Source of the DNA: a virus
DNA length: 40,238 bases
Virus genome (UHGV): UHGV-0383559
Strand: one strand, 5' to 3'
Positions 1 through 8,769 of the stretch are shown here, piece by piece. The first letter of the stretch is position 1. Each line of letters begins with the position of its first letter. The notes under the pieces are model-generated. The model saw only the letters and a list, made by a program, of their open reading frames with translations. It was not told where the DNA came from and did not search any database. The position numbers and the translations under genes were made by a program.

Positions 1-75
1 GAACCCAGCGGCGACATAGGCCGCCTGCAAGTAGTCATGTAAGTCCACACTATTAACATTTGGGGAAGGATCGAA

Positions 76-240
76 ATGTATTTAAATATCGAATACAGAG
101 ACGGAAAGAAAGAACAGAAAAGTGTGGATGATTGTGCCGTTAAAGACGGGTGCCTTGTATACTATATCCGCTTTGGGGTAGGTGCCGGACATCATTATAT
201 TCCGCTTGATACCATCAAAGAATTTCATAAAGAGAATTAA
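76..240 (+). CDS. Small hypothetical protein (54 aa), below the ORF-track size cutoff
   Basis: ATG at 76 is preceded by GGGGAAGGA at SD spacing. The open frame runs to TAA at 238-240 and ends just before the next gene. Confidence 0.3.
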   Translation: MYLNIEYRDGKKEQKSVDDCAVKDGCLVYYIRFGVGAGHHYIPLDTIKEFHKEN

Positions 241-282
241 CATTTAGCTGCCGACTGCTGAGTGTCGGAGAAAGAAGGAAAT

Positions 283-546
283 ATGGGAAGTCAGGAATTT
301 TTAAATATCTGCAAAGCGAAAGTAGCAGCTTATTTTAATGAACACTGTGAAAAAACAGACACGGTTGATATCACGGTGAATGATGTGTATGTGGTTTGGT
401 ATTGCAAGACCTTACAGAACCATAAGGCATTGTTGTCAACAACTGCGGCTGATGGTATGTACTACGAAATGACCTTTAATGGTGACAAAAATCAGATGTA
501 TATGGATGCCTATAAAAAATGGCAGAATGTCTGTTTCGATATGTAA
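283..546 (+). CDS. Hypothetical early protein (87 aa)
   Basis: Within ORF-track 262..546. The internal ATG at 283 is preceded by AAGAAGGAAAT (SD). A small hairpin, CCGAC...GTCGG, lies upstream. Confidence 0.5.
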   Translation: MGSQEFLNICKAKVAAYFNEHCEKTDTVDITVNDVYVVWYCKTLQNHKALLSTTAADGMYYEMTFNGDKNQMYMDAYKKWQNVCFDM

Positions 547-569
547 TTTAAGATTTTCAGGGGAGAGAA

Positions 570-767
570 ATGAATCATAACGAAATGAACTATGAAAGAG
601 GTTATCAGGCAGGAAGTCATATGATGATGAACAGTTTGCTTGAAGCAAGAAGGCTTCTTGAAACATCCGCAGAAGAAATCGAAAACTGCTATGGAAAAGA
701 AACCCTATTATCTAAAAGAATTAGAAACTTCTTAAATGGAGGTGATACCAATGCGGCATTATTATAA
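570..767 (+). CDS. Hypothetical protein (65 aa)
   Basis: ORF-track entry. An SD-like GGGGAGAGAA sits upstream of the ATG at 570. Confidence 0.45.
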   Translation: MNHNEMNYERGYQAGSHMMMNSLLEARRLLETSAEEIENCYGKETLLSKRIRNFLNGGDTNAALL

Positions 768-887
768 GAAATCCAGAAGCACATAAACAGGCGGCACACC
801 CACCGCTCAAAGTAAGATGTGCCGCCCTTCCGTCTAAGGATAGTATACCACATTATACGTCCTTGGACAAGCCGAGGGGGTAAGAAT

Positions 888-1928
888 ATGGATAATAACC
901 AGACCGCAAAGAAGCATCTGATTGATAACGTATTAGTTGCAATGGCACAGTATTTGACCGCCGAAGTGCTCCAGATTCTTGAAAGAGTGCTGGCAGAGGA
1001 GTTGGTGAAGGTGGTGATGGAAGAGATCACCACGCTGCCGGCAGAAGTCAAGGACAGCGTGGACGACCAGAACAAGTACATTATCCAGCTCTTTTTATAT
1101 AAGAAGGGACGGCTTAAGGATGGCACGAAATATAACTATCTCAATTCGGTTAAGCGCCTGATCACCCTGATCTACAAGCCGCTAAACCAGATCGATGAGA
1201 TCGACATATATCGGTTCCTTGATTGGTATGAGCACCATAACGGGAACACAGGCCAGAAGAATCAGCCTGTTACGATCAACAACGAGCGCCGGAACCTTTG
1301 CGCATTCTATAGCTGGATGCGCAAGGAGAAGTTAATCGCATACAATCCGGTCGAGTCCATCGAACCGCTGAAAGTGATCCGCAAGCCTATCGACTATTTC
1401 CGGCCCGAAGAGATCGCCAAACTGCGGGACGGCTGCAAGACATTGCGGGAGCGGGCCATCGTAGAAGTCCTGCGCAGCACTGGCGCACGTGTGGGAGAGG
1501 TCATAGAGATCACCAAAGATATGATCAACTGGGAGACCGGCGATATCCTGATCCTCAGCGAAAAGGGAGAGCGTTACCGCACGATATACCTGGACCCGGA
1601 GGCCCGCTATCATCTGCACAAGTACCTTAACAGTCGGGAGGACTATACCCCGCAGCTCTTCGTACACGCCAGAAAGCCCTATAAGTCATTGTCAACCTGC
1701 GGGGTCCGCATGATCCTCAAAGACATTGCGGCACGGGTTGACATAACATCAAGGGTCTACCCGCATAAGCTGCGGAAAACCCTGGGAATGAACTTGAAGA
1801 ATAGCGGCGTTGACATCGGAACGATTCAGGAAATTTTGGGCCATGCAGGCCCGGAGGTGACAGCAGCATACTACGCTCAGTCCACACCCCAGACATTGCG
1901 TCAGGTGCGGGAGCGGACAGCGGCATAA
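888..1928 (+). CDS. Tyrosine site-specific recombinase (phage integrase / XerD family)
   Basis: Translation carries ARVGEV (catalytic Arg box), HKLRKT (His-x-x-Arg), LGHAG and a C-terminal AAYYAQ tyrosine. The ATG at 888 is preceded by GAGGGGGTAAGA; ORF-track 819 is an upstream alternative start. Confidence 0.9.
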   Translation: MDNNQTAKKHLIDNVLVAMAQYLTAEVLQILERVLAEELVKVVMEEITTLPAEVKDSVDDQNKYIIQLFLYKKGRLKDGTKYNYLNSVKRLITLIYKPLNQIDEIDIYRFLDWYEHHNGNTGQKNQPVTINNERRNLCAFYSWMRKEKLIAYNPVESIEPLKVIRKPIDYFRPEEIAKLRDGCKTLRERAIVEVLRSTGARVGEVIEITKDMINWETGDILILSEKGERYRTIYLDPEARYHLHKYLNSREDYTPQLFVHARKPYKSLSTCGVRMILKDIAARVDITSRVYPHKLRKTLGMNLKNSGVDIGTIQEILGHAGPEVTAAYYAQSTPQTLRQVRERTAA

Positions 1929-2034
1929 CATATATTTCCAATTTTCACCGCGGCCGCAAGGCCGCATCGAAACTCGATAAGCTTATTAACATTTCGCCCC
2001 GGAGGGGTAACTATAATCATTTTTGAGGTGTCTT

Positions 2035-2811
2035 ATGTACAAGGAGCAGATCATCAGGGCAGGAAGAACAGAGGAACATGCACTCTATCACTCAATCCGC
2101 TACAACCAGAACGGGAGTGGTAAGGGAGAGAAGCGCGCGAAGAGGTCAAAGCCGACCAGTGAACGTCAGGCATTGGTCAACCGGAAACGTGCGGAGCGTA
2201 TCCTCACTCGTCTGCTCAACGCCAACTTTGGGCGGAATGATCTGTATGCTACATGGACATTCAGCAAGGACAAGCGGCCGGGGGACTCTGAGAAGTTCAA
2301 GCAGATCGTGCAGGGGCTTCTCAAATCCCTTCGGAAGATGTTCGGAAAGATGGGCGTACCGCTGAGGTATATCTGGGTGGGTGAGCGTGGGGAGCGCGGA
2401 GCGGAGCACATTCACATGGTTATGACTGGGATCGACATACGCATGTTGCAACCGCTCTGGCCGTATGGATACGTGACCTGCGTCAACCTTGACCCATCGG
2501 GCAGTTATCGCAAGCTGGCAGCGTATTTTATCAAGTATAGCGATAAGACTATGAAAACCGAGGGAAGGCTCCAGGGCAAGCGCTACAACCCTTCCCACGG
2601 CCTGATCCACCCAGAGCCGGAAAAGACCAGAATCCGCAAGCGCAAGACATTCCGCACAGACGATATTAAGGTCCCGGCAGGATGGTATCTGGAGAGAGAC
2701 ACCATGGAGTGCGGCATATCGGACGTAACAGGCTACGAATATCTGTACTACACGCTGGTCATGCTGCCGGATTACATACCCAACAAGAGCAACCGAAAAC
2801 TAAAATCATAA
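2035..2811 (+). CDS. HUH-superfamily rolling-circle replication initiator (Rep_trans / phage CRI-like)
   Basis: Three ordered motifs: motif I ATWTF, motif II HIHMVMTG (HuH) and motif III YFIKYSDK (Y-x-x-K catalytic Tyr). The ATG at 2035 is preceded by GAGGTG; ORF-track 2023 uses a TTG start. Confidence 0.75.
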   Translation: MYKEQIIRAGRTEEHALYHSIRYNQNGSGKGEKRAKRSKPTSERQALVNRKRAERILTRLLNANFGRNDLYATWTFSKDKRPGDSEKFKQIVQGLLKSLRKMFGKMGVPLRYIWVGERGERGAEHIHMVMTGIDIRMLQPLWPYGYVTCVNLDPSGSYRKLAAYFIKYSDKTMKTEGRLQGKRYNPSHGLIHPEPEKTRIRKRKTFRTDDIKVPAGWYLERDTMECGISDVTGYEYLYYTLVMLPDYIPNKSNRKLKS

Positions 2812-2821
2812 CAGAGAGACT

Positions 2822-3187
2822 ATGCCGAAAGAAAAGATAATCCATTGTCCTTACTATGAGACAAGCAGCCGGAGTAACAAGGTGTATCCGACGATCACCT
2901 GTAGCCCGATTGAAAATAACCTGGGGTTCGATATCCGCAACCAGGTTGTTTTCTCGTGTCATGAAGAGAAGCACAACTATATCGGCATATTCTGCGCAGA
3001 TCAAGAGCTATATTCAACATGCCCGTATTATCGGGCCATCTATAAATACCAAAAAGGAGATCAAGAAAGTGAAAAAGAAAACAGGATTAAAGAGGCAGGC
3101 GCAGAGGGCGGAAACATTGTCAAAAATCGCCTGGGATCGAGTGCGCCAGAAAGAACAGGCCAGAAGAACGGCCAGGGTCGAAGCTGA
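2822..3187 (+). CDS. Cys-rich small protein (HCPYY...C...SCHEEKH...CPYY); possible zinc-binding regulator. The C-terminal tail may be mis-framed.
   Basis: ORF-track entry. Cysteine and histidine residues are spaced as in a zinc-binding domain in the first ~75 aa. The C-terminal ~45 aa are G/Q/R-rich and overlap the ORF below, so the true stop is uncertain. Confidence 0.4.
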   Translation: MPKEKIIHCPYYETSSRSNKVYPTITCSPIENNLGFDIRNQVVFSCHEEKHNYIGIFCADQELYSTCPYYRAIYKYQKGDQESEKENRIKEAGAEGGNIVKNRLGSSAPERTGQKNGQGRS

Positions 3188-3356
3188 TTCTGCTATCTGC
3201 GTTATCAGCCTGTTGGCGGCGCGCCTTGGTGATGAGGTCAAAATCACCCGACAGGAAATCGAGGAGGCCAGAAACAACGAATATGTCGCCAAACCATTGG
3301 ATGATGGCGGCTTTGTTCTGGTGCGTGCTGATCGGATTGAGGACCGGACACTATAG
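3068..3356 (+). CDS. Hypothetical small basic protein (96 aa), GTG start
   Basis: In the frame of ORF-track 2856..3356. GTG at 3068 is preceded by AAAGGAGA with an 8-nt spacer. The downstream sequence is amphipathic and protein-like (KKTGLKRQAQRAETLSKIAWDRVRQKEQ...). Confidence 0.35.
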
Positions 3357-3405
3357 TGTGTGCGCCTGCGCACACAGGTGTATGCGCGCGCGTAATGAGA
3401 AGCAA

Positions 3406-3431
3406 GGGAGCCAGCAATGGCTCCTTTTTTT
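3406..3431 (+). terminator. Rho-independent terminator before the late operon
   Basis: GGGAGCCA-gcaa-TGGCTCC stem-loop followed by TTTTTTT. A further GC palindrome, GTGTGCGC-ct-GCGCACAC, lies just upstream at ~3358-3375. Confidence 0.7.
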
Positions 3432-3457
3432 CGTGCCAAACCGGTCAAAACCGGACA

Positions 3458-3514
3458 GGAAATGGGGTGGGGGCATCGGCAAAAAAAATTAGATAAAATG
3501 GTTGACAGGAGGTG
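3458..3514 (+). promoter_or_regulatory. Conserved late-leader element, copy A: AAATGGGGTGGGGGCATCGGCAAAAAAAATTAGATAAAATGGTTGACAGGAGG
   Basis: Nearly identical to 13969..14027 (about 5 mismatches in 53 nt) and, over its 5' half, to 7759..7790. It sits between a terminator and the terS RBS and contains a GATAAAAT -10-like box. Confidence 0.6.
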
Positions 3515-3519
3515 AAGCA

Positions 3520-4062
3520 ATGGCAAGGCAGAGGTGGCAAGAGTGGGCAGAGAACGAAGAAAACCTATCTGTGTTGGCTGCATGGGCGCGGGCTGGGCAG
3601 ACGGACGAGGATATAGCCAAGGCAATCGGGATCAGCCGGTCCACGCTGTCCGAGTGGAAAAAGAAGCATGAGCCGATCCGTAAAGCCCTGTCAACTGGCA
3701 AGGATTTTGCGAATCGTCTGGTCGAAAACAGCCTGTTCAAGATGTCTCTGGGCTTCCACGTCACGGTGAAAAAAGTATTCAAGGTCAAAACGGTTGAGTT
3801 TGGCCCAGACGGCAAGCGTAAGGGAGAGAAGGAAGAGCTGCAAACCGCAGAGGAGACGGAATACATCAAGCCGGACACCCGGGCGATCATGTTCTATCTA
3901 AAAAACAAGATGCCGAACGAGTATCGCGAAAAGCTTCTGCCATCAGAGGGTGGGGAGGATGGCGAAAACGTAGGCATGGTCATTATGAATGAGGCAATGG
4001 CCGGGCAGATCAAAAAATTGATGGAGGAGGAGAAAGAAAAGCAGAATGCGGAACAAAGATAA
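3520..4062 (+). CDS. terS: Terminase small subunit
   Basis: HTH-containing N-terminus (DEDIAKAIGISRSTLSEWKK). It lies immediately upstream of and overlaps the large terminase gene. The ATG at 3520 is preceded by GACAGGAGGTG; ORF-track 3502 is an upstream extension. Confidence 0.8.
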   Translation: MARQRWQEWAENEENLSVLAAWARAGQTDEDIAKAIGISRSTLSEWKKKHEPIRKALSTGKDFANRLVENSLFKMSLGFHVTVKKVFKVKTVEFGPDGKRKGEKEELQTAEETEYIKPDTRAIMFYLKNKMPNEYREKLLPSEGGEDGENVGMVIMNEAMAGQIKKLMEEEKEKQNAEQR

Positions 4063-5533
4063 GCCATTCGACGCCAAGGAATACCTGCGCAAGCACCCGG
4101 TTCTGTGGGCACCAAATGAGCGGCAGCGGAAAATGATGTCCCGCATGGAGTATGAGGCGCTGTACGGTGGGGCCGCAGGCGGAGGAAAGACGGATTACTT
4201 GGTGGTGGAAGCACTGCGCCAAGTTCATATCAGGCATTATAGCGCAATTATCCTGAGAAAGACATACCCGGAGTTGGAGGATGTGATCAGTCGGTCCATG
4301 GAACTGTACCCAGCAGCCGTGCCGGGCTGCAAATATAACGAGTCCAAGCACATGTGGAGATTTCCGAGCGGTGCAAGAATCTATTTCGGCAGTATGCAGC
4401 ACACCAAGGACAAGTATCGATACCAGGGCCGACACTATGACTTTGTTGGATTCGACGAGCTGACACATTTCACCAAGGACGAATATATGTATCTGATCTC
4501 CCGTAACCGTTCATCCGGCCCTGGACTTAGGGTGTATGTGCGGGCAACCGCAAACCCTGGAGGAGTCGGACATCACTGGGTGAAGCAGCGCTTTGTCTCC
4601 GCAGCAAAACCGGAAACTACCATTGTGGAAGAACTGGAAATACCTGTTCCAGGAGGCGGTACCACAAAGATCACAAAGGACCGGATATTCATTCCGTCAA
4701 GCGTTCTGGATAATCCTGACTTGCGCAGGAACAATCCGGCCTATATGGCCTCTCTGGCCATGATGCCCGAGGCAGAGCGCAACGCACTGCTGTATGGAGA
4801 CTGGGACGCGTTCAGCGGCCAGGTGTTCTCCGAGTGGACCAACGACCCGGATAACTACGATACGCAGCAGTGGACCCATGTGATCAATCCATTCAAAATC
4901 CCGAATGGGTGGGAGATCATCCGAGGATACGATTTCGGATACGCCAAACCGTTCTCTGTTGGCTGGTACGCCGTGGATTATCGGGGCTGCATCTACCGTA
5001 TACGGGAGCTATACGGCGGAATAGAGGGAGAGGACAACGTGGGAATCAAGATTGACCCCGCGGAGCAGGCCCGCCAGATACGCGAGATTGAGGAGACGGA
5101 TGAAAACCTGAAAGGCCGGAGAATCACCGGAATAGCGGACCCGTCCATTTTCGACAAGTCCCGAGGCGAATCAATCGCGGATATTATGGCGAAAGAGCGG
5201 GTGTATTGGAATCCGGGAGATAACCACCGGATCGCAGGAAAGATGCAGTATCATTACCGCCTGGCCTTTGACGAGGATGGGCGCGCTATGTTCTACGTGT
5301 TTAACACCAGCAAGAACTTCATCCGCACCTTCCCCAATTTGGTATACGACGAGAAACACGTCGAGGACATCGATACAACACAGGAAGATCACATCTATGA
5401 CGAGTGCCGCTACGTGCTCATGTCCCGAGTGATCGCCACAAGGAAAAATGTGAAAAAGCCGGTTGATCTGAATGATCCGCTTGACCAGCGTGCCGACGAG
5501 ATCAAAAAAACATACAGGTTCATCCGAGTATAG
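4046..5533 (+). CDS. terL: Terminase large subunit (PBSX/XtmB-like)
   Basis: Walker A GGAAGGGKT, an ATPase domain followed by a nuclease domain, and a 495-aa size. Position is between terS and portal. Confidence 0.95.
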   Translation: MRNKDKPFDAKEYLRKHPVLWAPNERQRKMMSRMEYEALYGGAAGGGKTDYLVVEALRQVHIRHYSAIILRKTYPELEDVISRSMELYPAAVPGCKYNESKHMWRFPSGARIYFGSMQHTKDKYRYQGRHYDFVGFDELTHFTKDEYMYLISRNRSSGPGLRVYVRATANPGGVGHHWVKQRFVSAAKPETTIVEELEIPVPGGGTTKITKDRIFIPSSVLDNPDLRRNNPAYMASLAMMPEAERNALLYGDWDAFSGQVFSEWTNDPDNYDTQQWTHVINPFKIPNGWEIIRGYDFGYAKPFSVGWYAVDYRGCIYRIRELYGGIEGEDNVGIKIDPAEQARQIREIEETDENLKGRRITGIADPSIFDKSRGESIADIMAKERVYWNPGDNHRIAGKMQYHYRLAFDEDGRAMFYVFNTSKNFIRTFPNLVYDEKHVEDIDTTQEDHIYDECRYVLMSRVIATRKNVKKPVDLNDPLDQRADEIKKTYRFIRV

Positions 5534-5542
5534 GAGGTATAC

Positions 5543-7438
5543 ATGGACGAAGAGAATATTACAACAACAGAACAGGCAGAACAGCCAATCGACACCAAAG
5601 AAATTGACGAGGCCCTTCAAACCCTGCTCCAGTATAAGCGCGATAAACAAGCACTGACGGATCGGATCGTAAATGCTGAGGAGTGGTGGAAAAATAATCA
5701 CTGGGACAGGTTCAGCAGTGCATCCAGTAATTCCAACGACACGCAGCCGGTTAGCGCCTGGCTGTTTAACAGCATTATCAACAAGCACGCTGACTTCATG
5801 GACAATTTCCCCTGTCCTGCAATTCTGGAGCGCGAGGAGAGCGACAGGGAGATCGCCAAAATGCTGTCCTCCGTGGTGCCGGTAATCCTGGAGCAGAACG
5901 GGTTTGAGCGGACTTATTCGGAATGCTCCTGGGATAAGCCCAAGATCGGAACTGCAATCTATGGGGTGTTCTGGAACCCCGAGAAAGAAAATGGCTTGGG
6001 AGACATTGACATCAAGCACATGGACGTGATCAACATGTTTTGGGAGGCCGGGGTGGAAGATATCCAGAAATCCCGCAATGTCTTTACAGTCGAGATGATG
6101 GATCGGGACTTGCTGGAGGAAGAATACCCAGAGATCAAGGGCAAGAACCAAGCGGAGATCATCTACAAGCCGGAATATCTGTATGAGTCCAATTTGGACA
6201 CCACCAACAAGGTGCAGGTGATTGACTGGTATTACAAGAAGCGCATACGCGCCGATGTCAATGGGATCATAACCACCAAAACCATCTTGCACTACTGTAA
6301 GTTCATTCCGGGCGCGGTTCTGTATGCCACTGAAAACGACCCGGAAATGCAGTATACGGGATGGTATGACCATGGCATGTATCCGTTCGTGTGCGACACC
6401 ATGTTCCCGGAGAAGGGAAGCCCTGCGGGTTTTGGATACCTGGATATCATGGTCAATCCACAAGAGTACATCGACAAGTTGGACCAGGTGATACTCAAAA
6501 ACGCCATGTTGAACCGCCCCAGGTATTTTGTCTCAAACAGCGCGGGCATCAACGAGCAGGAATTTGCCGATATGTCCAACGATTTCGTACACTGCTCAGG
6601 CTCGGTGGATGAGTCCCAGATACAGCAGATCAAGGTCCCTCAGATGTCGGATGGTGTATTCAAAATCCGCGAGGAGAAGATCGAGGAGCTGAAGGAGACA
6701 TCCGGGAACCGCGACTTCTCGCAAGGGGGAACCACCTCCGGCGTGACCGCAGCAAGCGCCATTGCTGCGCTCCAAGAGGCCGGTAGTAAACTTTCCCGCG
6801 ACATGATCAAGGGAACCTATACCGCCTACTCCAGCACCGTCACAATGGTGATTGAGCTGATCCGGCAATTCTATACGCTCCCACGTTGCTACAGGATCAC
6901 ACAGCCCAATGGGGAGGCCCAGTACATTGAGCTGACCAATGAGAGCTTACAACCCCAGCAAGATAACATGATGGACGGGGAGCTTTCGGCCCGCAGACCG
7001 GTATTTGACATTAAGGTTGCGGCTCAGAAGGCCAGCCCATACAGCCGGATCGCCAACAACGAGTTAGCCAAGGAATTGTTCGGCATGGGCGTATTCAACC
7101 CGCAGATTGCAGATCAGGCAATGGCCGTGGTGACAATGATGGACTTTGACCGGCGAGACGAGGTCCTGAAAAAAATCCAGGAGAACGGCCTAATGTACCA
7201 GCAGTTGCAGCAGATGCAGGCTGCTATGGTCCAGATGGCCGATATAATCGCGCAGACAACGGGAAACACCCAACTGCTGGACGCGGTGGGCCAGATGGCG
7301 GGACCGGCACAGACCGGAATCAATGTCAATCCGCAGCAGGTGAGAACCAATAGTCTGGGCGCGCCTGTAAGCACCGATAACAGCCAGGCAGGCCAGGCCC
7401 GCGAACGGGTTGCCACGGCCACGGAGGTACGAGCATGA
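5543..7438 (+). CDS. Portal protein
   Basis: A 631-aa protein directly after terL. Its Q/A-rich C-terminus is typical of portals. The Prp protease gene follows, and its start overlaps the portal stop (ATGA). Confidence 0.85.
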   Translation: MDEENITTTEQAEQPIDTKEIDEALQTLLQYKRDKQALTDRIVNAEEWWKNNHWDRFSSASSNSNDTQPVSAWLFNSIINKHADFMDNFPCPAILEREESDREIAKMLSSVVPVILEQNGFERTYSECSWDKPKIGTAIYGVFWNPEKENGLGDIDIKHMDVINMFWEAGVEDIQKSRNVFTVEMMDRDLLEEEYPEIKGKNQAEIIYKPEYLYESNLDTTNKVQVIDWYYKKRIRADVNGIITTKTILHYCKFIPGAVLYATENDPEMQYTGWYDHGMYPFVCDTMFPEKGSPAGFGYLDIMVNPQEYIDKLDQVILKNAMLNRPRYFVSNSAGINEQEFADMSNDFVHCSGSVDESQIQQIKVPQMSDGVFKIREEKIEELKETSGNRDFSQGGTTSGVTAASAIAALQEAGSKLSRDMIKGTYTAYSSTVTMVIELIRQFYTLPRCYRITQPNGEAQYIELTNESLQPQQDNMMDGELSARRPVFDIKVAAQKASPYSRIANNELAKELFGMGVFNPQIADQAMAVVTMMDFDRRDEVLKKIQENGLMYQQLQQMQAAMVQMADIIAQTTGNTQLLDAVGQMAGPAQTGINVNPQQVRTNSLGAPVSTDNSQAGQARERVATATEVRA

Positions 7439-7848
7439 CACACATATACATAACCAACGGTATGGGATACGCCCGCGTGAAGATCGAGGGCCATGCCGGA
7501 TATGGAGCCGCAAACCACCTGCCGGAGGGACATGACCTGGTATGCGCTTCCGTGTCCATTCTGGGACAGACCGCGATGCAGATCGCGATAGACATGGAGA
7601 GCGAGAAGAAGGTGAGCATTGCGCAAATGACCTGCACCCCGGGCTTGATTGACCTGCGGATATTGCCGAAAAGCGCCCATGCAAAGGAGCTGCAAGACAA
7701 GATCGAGGCCATTAGAACAGGCTTTGAAATCTTGTCAAGCACTTTTTCTGACTATGTGAAAATGGGGTGGGGGCATCGGCAAATAAAATCTGGTATGGTA
7801 TACCCAGATGGCAAATGCCTGGCTCTCGGGAAAGACCGTGAAATATGA
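7435..7848 (+). CDS. prp: Prp-family cysteine protease (ribosomal-processing cysteine protease homologue, DUF464)
   Basis: GHAGYG...VCASVS motif carrying the catalytic His/Cys dyad of Prp. Its start overlaps the portal stop. Both downstream genes carry Prp cleavage motifs. Confidence 0.8.
   Translation: MTHIYITNGMGYARVKIEGHAGYGAANHLPEGHDLVCASVSILGQTAMQIAIDMESEKKVSIAQMTCTPGLIDLRILPKSAHAKELQDKIEAIRTGFEILSSTFSDYVKMGWGHRQIKSGMVYPDGKCLALGKDREI
7759..7790 (+). promoter_or_regulatory. Conserved late-leader element, partial copy B (GAAAATGGGGTGGGGGCATCGGCAAATAAAATC)
   Basis: 31-nt near-identity to copies A and C. It lies inside the 3' end of the Prp reading frame, in a different frame from the other copies, so conservation is at the nucleotide level. 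Confidence 0.5.
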
Positions 7849-7870
7849 CTCTCGGGAAAGACCGTGAAAG
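7819..7870 (+). repeat. Perfect 26-bp tandem duplication (GACTCTCGGGAAAGACCGTGAAA-containing unit) at the Prp-scaffold junction
   Basis: CTCTCGGGAAAGACCGTGAAA occurs twice, 26 nt apart. This creates LGKDRE in the Prp C-terminus and again in the upstream extension of the scaffold ORF. Confidence 0.8.
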
Positions 7871-7880
7871 GAGAACCAAA

Positions 7881-8756
7881 ATGAGAAGAAAAATGTTACT
7901 TGTGAATCTGCGATTGTTTGATGGAGAAGGAGGCGCGGGAGCCACCGCAGCCGCCGCAGCACCGGCGGCAGAGGGAACCGATACAGGGAGCGAAGCGGCA
8001 GAGGGGCAGGAAGCGGCAGAGGAAGAACCTGCGCAGCCGACGCCGGAGGAACGTAAAGCGGCCTATGAGAAATTCAAGGCTGAGTACAAGGACCTGTACA
8101 GTGAGGAGGTACAGTCCGCAATCAACCGTCGGTATCGGGAAAACCAGCAGCTCCACCAGCAGCTTGATTCCTACGGGCAGTTGCTTGACCTGCTGGGAGC
8201 ACGGTATCAGGTATCCGGTGGAAAGGTGGAGGACATTATCTCCGCCATTGAGAAGGACGACGCCATGTTTGAGGAGGCCGCAGCCAAGGAAGGGCTGACT
8301 GTGCAGCAGTACAAGGACATGCTGAATCTGCGCCGCCAGAACAATCAGCTCTTAAAGGCCCAGCAGCAGGCCGAACAGATTCGCCAGCGGGACCAGACCT
8401 GGGCCAGATGGAACCGGGAGGCAACGGAGTGCCAGCAGCAGTTCCCGGGATTCAACATGGATGCGGAATGCCAGAATCCCGAATTTGTCCGCCTCCTCGG
8501 CTCGGGAATCGATGTGACCACCGCCTATAAGGCGCTGCACTTTGACGAAATTAACCGCGGCCTGATCGCCACGGCGGAGAGCCAGACCAAAAAGAAGGTA
8601 GCTGACACAATCAGGTCCGGCGCGGCGCGGCCCTCTGAGAACGGGACAGGTAACGGAGCAGCCGCCAAGCTCAAAGTGGATGTGTGGAAACTGAGCAAGG
8701 AAGAATTCCGCAAATTACAGGATCGAGTAGACAACGATGAAAAGATTGTGCTTTGA
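7881..8756 (+). CDS. Scaffolding protein with N-terminal Prp cleavage motif
   Basis: ATG at 7881 is preceded by AAAGGAGAA. The N-terminus MRRKMLLVNLRLF/DGEGG resembles the L27/phage Prp site. It is followed by an Ala-rich linker and a coiled-coil, Q-rich body typical of scaffolds. ORF-track 7845 is an upstream extension. Confidence 0.7.
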   Translation: MRRKMLLVNLRLFDGEGGAGATAAAAAPAAEGTDTGSEAAEGQEAAEEEPAQPTPEERKAAYEKFKAEYKDLYSEEVQSAINRRYRENQQLHQQLDSYGQLLDLLGARYQVSGGKVEDIISAIEKDDAMFEEAAAKEGLTVQQYKDMLNLRRQNNQLLKAQQQAEQIRQRDQTWARWNREATECQQQFPGFNMDAECQNPEFVRLLGSGIDVTTAYKALHFDEINRGLIATAESQTKKKVADTIRSGAARPSENGTGNGAAAKLKVDVWKLSKEEFRKLQDRVDNDEKIVL

Positions 8757-8769
8757 CGAAAGGAGAACA

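Noticed and set aside
795-831. Hairpin GGCGGCACA-(19 nt)-TGTGCCGCC upstream of the tyrosine recombinase as an att site
   Set aside because: There is no following T-run, so it is not a terminator. A single hairpin gives no direct evidence of being a recombination site. It is left as unassigned secondary structure.
2078-2610. Nested ORFs inside the Rep gene (2078..2365 +, 2146..2610 -, 2166..2411 -) and the R-rich alternate-frame ORF 7918..8298 inside the scaffold gene
   Set aside because: They are alternate frames of well-supported genes. They have Arg/Ser-rich low-complexity translations typical of GC-rich off-frames.
3226-3492. ORF 3226..3492 (+, 88 aa) and ORF 13716..14030 (upstream part of 13716..14402)
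   Set aside because: Both run straight through a rho-independent terminator hairpin and the conserved leader element. They lack SDs. Their C-termini (KWGGGIGKKN / KWGGGIDQKN) are simply the conserved nucleotide element read in frame.
5171-6463. Long antisense ORFs inside real genes (5171..6463 -, 7114..7695 -, 7190..7684 -, 10202..10939 -, 14420..15103 -, 16541..17458 -, 18195..18962 -, 24853..25716 -, 25302..25898 -, 34610..35434 -, 37239..38381 -)
   Set aside because: Each lies entirely opposite a + strand gene with strong SD sites, recognisable domains and operon coupling. GC-rich phage genes routinely throw long spurious open frames on the opposite strand. None has an SD or a recognisable domain.
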